Positions 63,267 through 63,560 of a DNA stretch of 63,560 nucleotides are shown in pieces. The translations under genes and the position numbers were made by a program. Position 1 is the first letter of the stretch, and each line of letters starts with the position of its first letter. This DNA comes from Chitinophagaceae bacterium. Its GTDB lineage: Bacteria; Bacteroidota; Bacteroidia; Chitinophagales; Chitinophagaceae. Location: contig JBKJIX010000022.1 of the NCBI GenBank assembly GCA_046598205.1, forward strand, positions 1 to 63,560. Reading direction: 5' to 3'. The notes beneath the pieces are model-generated. The model was not told the origin of the DNA. It made no database searches and saw only the letters and a program-made list of their open reading frames with translations.

Positions 63267-63272
63267 TTGTAC
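63076..63272 (+). other. attC-like site, 197 bp
   Basis: CGATAAC core, arm GGGTTTTCTGCTATGCTGG, long loop, arm CCAGCACAGCAGAAAGCCC, core GTTGTAC; arms 17/19 complementary. Confidence 0.75.
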
Positions 63273-63560
63273 GTCACCCTAAACGACATTCTGCAAACAT
63301 TTAAGCATCCAAGAATTTGCCGACACGACCCAACGCACCAAGTTAGGCACATTTGCAAGGCACACAAAGCCAACACACAAAAGCCAACCTTGCAAAGAGC
63401 TAAAAATGCCAACGCACAGCCCACCCACCCCGGCTGACGACTATCTATCAACATTTGTTCGACACTTTAGCAATATATCTTTACTCAACACCAAGCCCAC
63501 CCACCACCCAACTGGCGGACACTTAACAATTTGGGATAGACAAGTGCAGCAAACAGGGTT
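63267..63560 (+). mobile_element. Start of putative cassette 2 (C/A-rich non-coding leader; runs off window)
   Basis: Begins at G|TTGTAC; strongly C/A-skewed with internal hairpin. Confidence 0.5.

Noticed and set aside
62893-63454. Short ORFs 62893-63126, 63207-63437 and 63236-63454
   Set aside because: They cross the attC-like site or the skewed leader and have biased composition; probably spurious.

Overview
Chromosomal window from a Bacteroidota genome, most likely Chitinophagaceae (inferred from gene content, a PorT-like protein, a T9SS-type C-terminal domain and TAnnTTTG promoters). Housekeeping content: ppa, the dcw cluster (mraZ-rsmH-ftsL-ftsI-murE-mraY-murD-ftsW-murG-murC-ftsQ-ftsA-ftsZ), queA, atpD/atpC, dnaX, PDH E2, yihA, ubiE/menG and porT. 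An accessory Type I restriction-modification island (about 12.4-20.3 kb) carries hsdM, fic, a rhuM remnant, a YhcG/DUF1016 nuclease, hsdS, a repeat-bounded GxxExxY nuclease gene and an hsdR broken at an A7 run. The strongest candidate for an undescribed system is at the right end (61.4-63.56 kb): a tyrosine recombinase lacking the IntI-specific insertion but carrying an extra N-terminal domain, followed co-directionally by an attI-like GTT site, an ORF-less 542-bp cassette and a 197-bp attC-like hairpin. The left core of that hairpin (CGATAAC) complements the first bases of its own cassette (GTTATCG), the footprint expected from integration of a circular cassette. A second theme is several families of 15-25 bp palindromes and 7-9 bp tandem arrays that sit in frame inside essential genes (ftsZ, dnaX, murC, murG, murE, rsmH, queA, PDH E2). 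All calls come from reading the sequence and the ORF track; no database searches were run.
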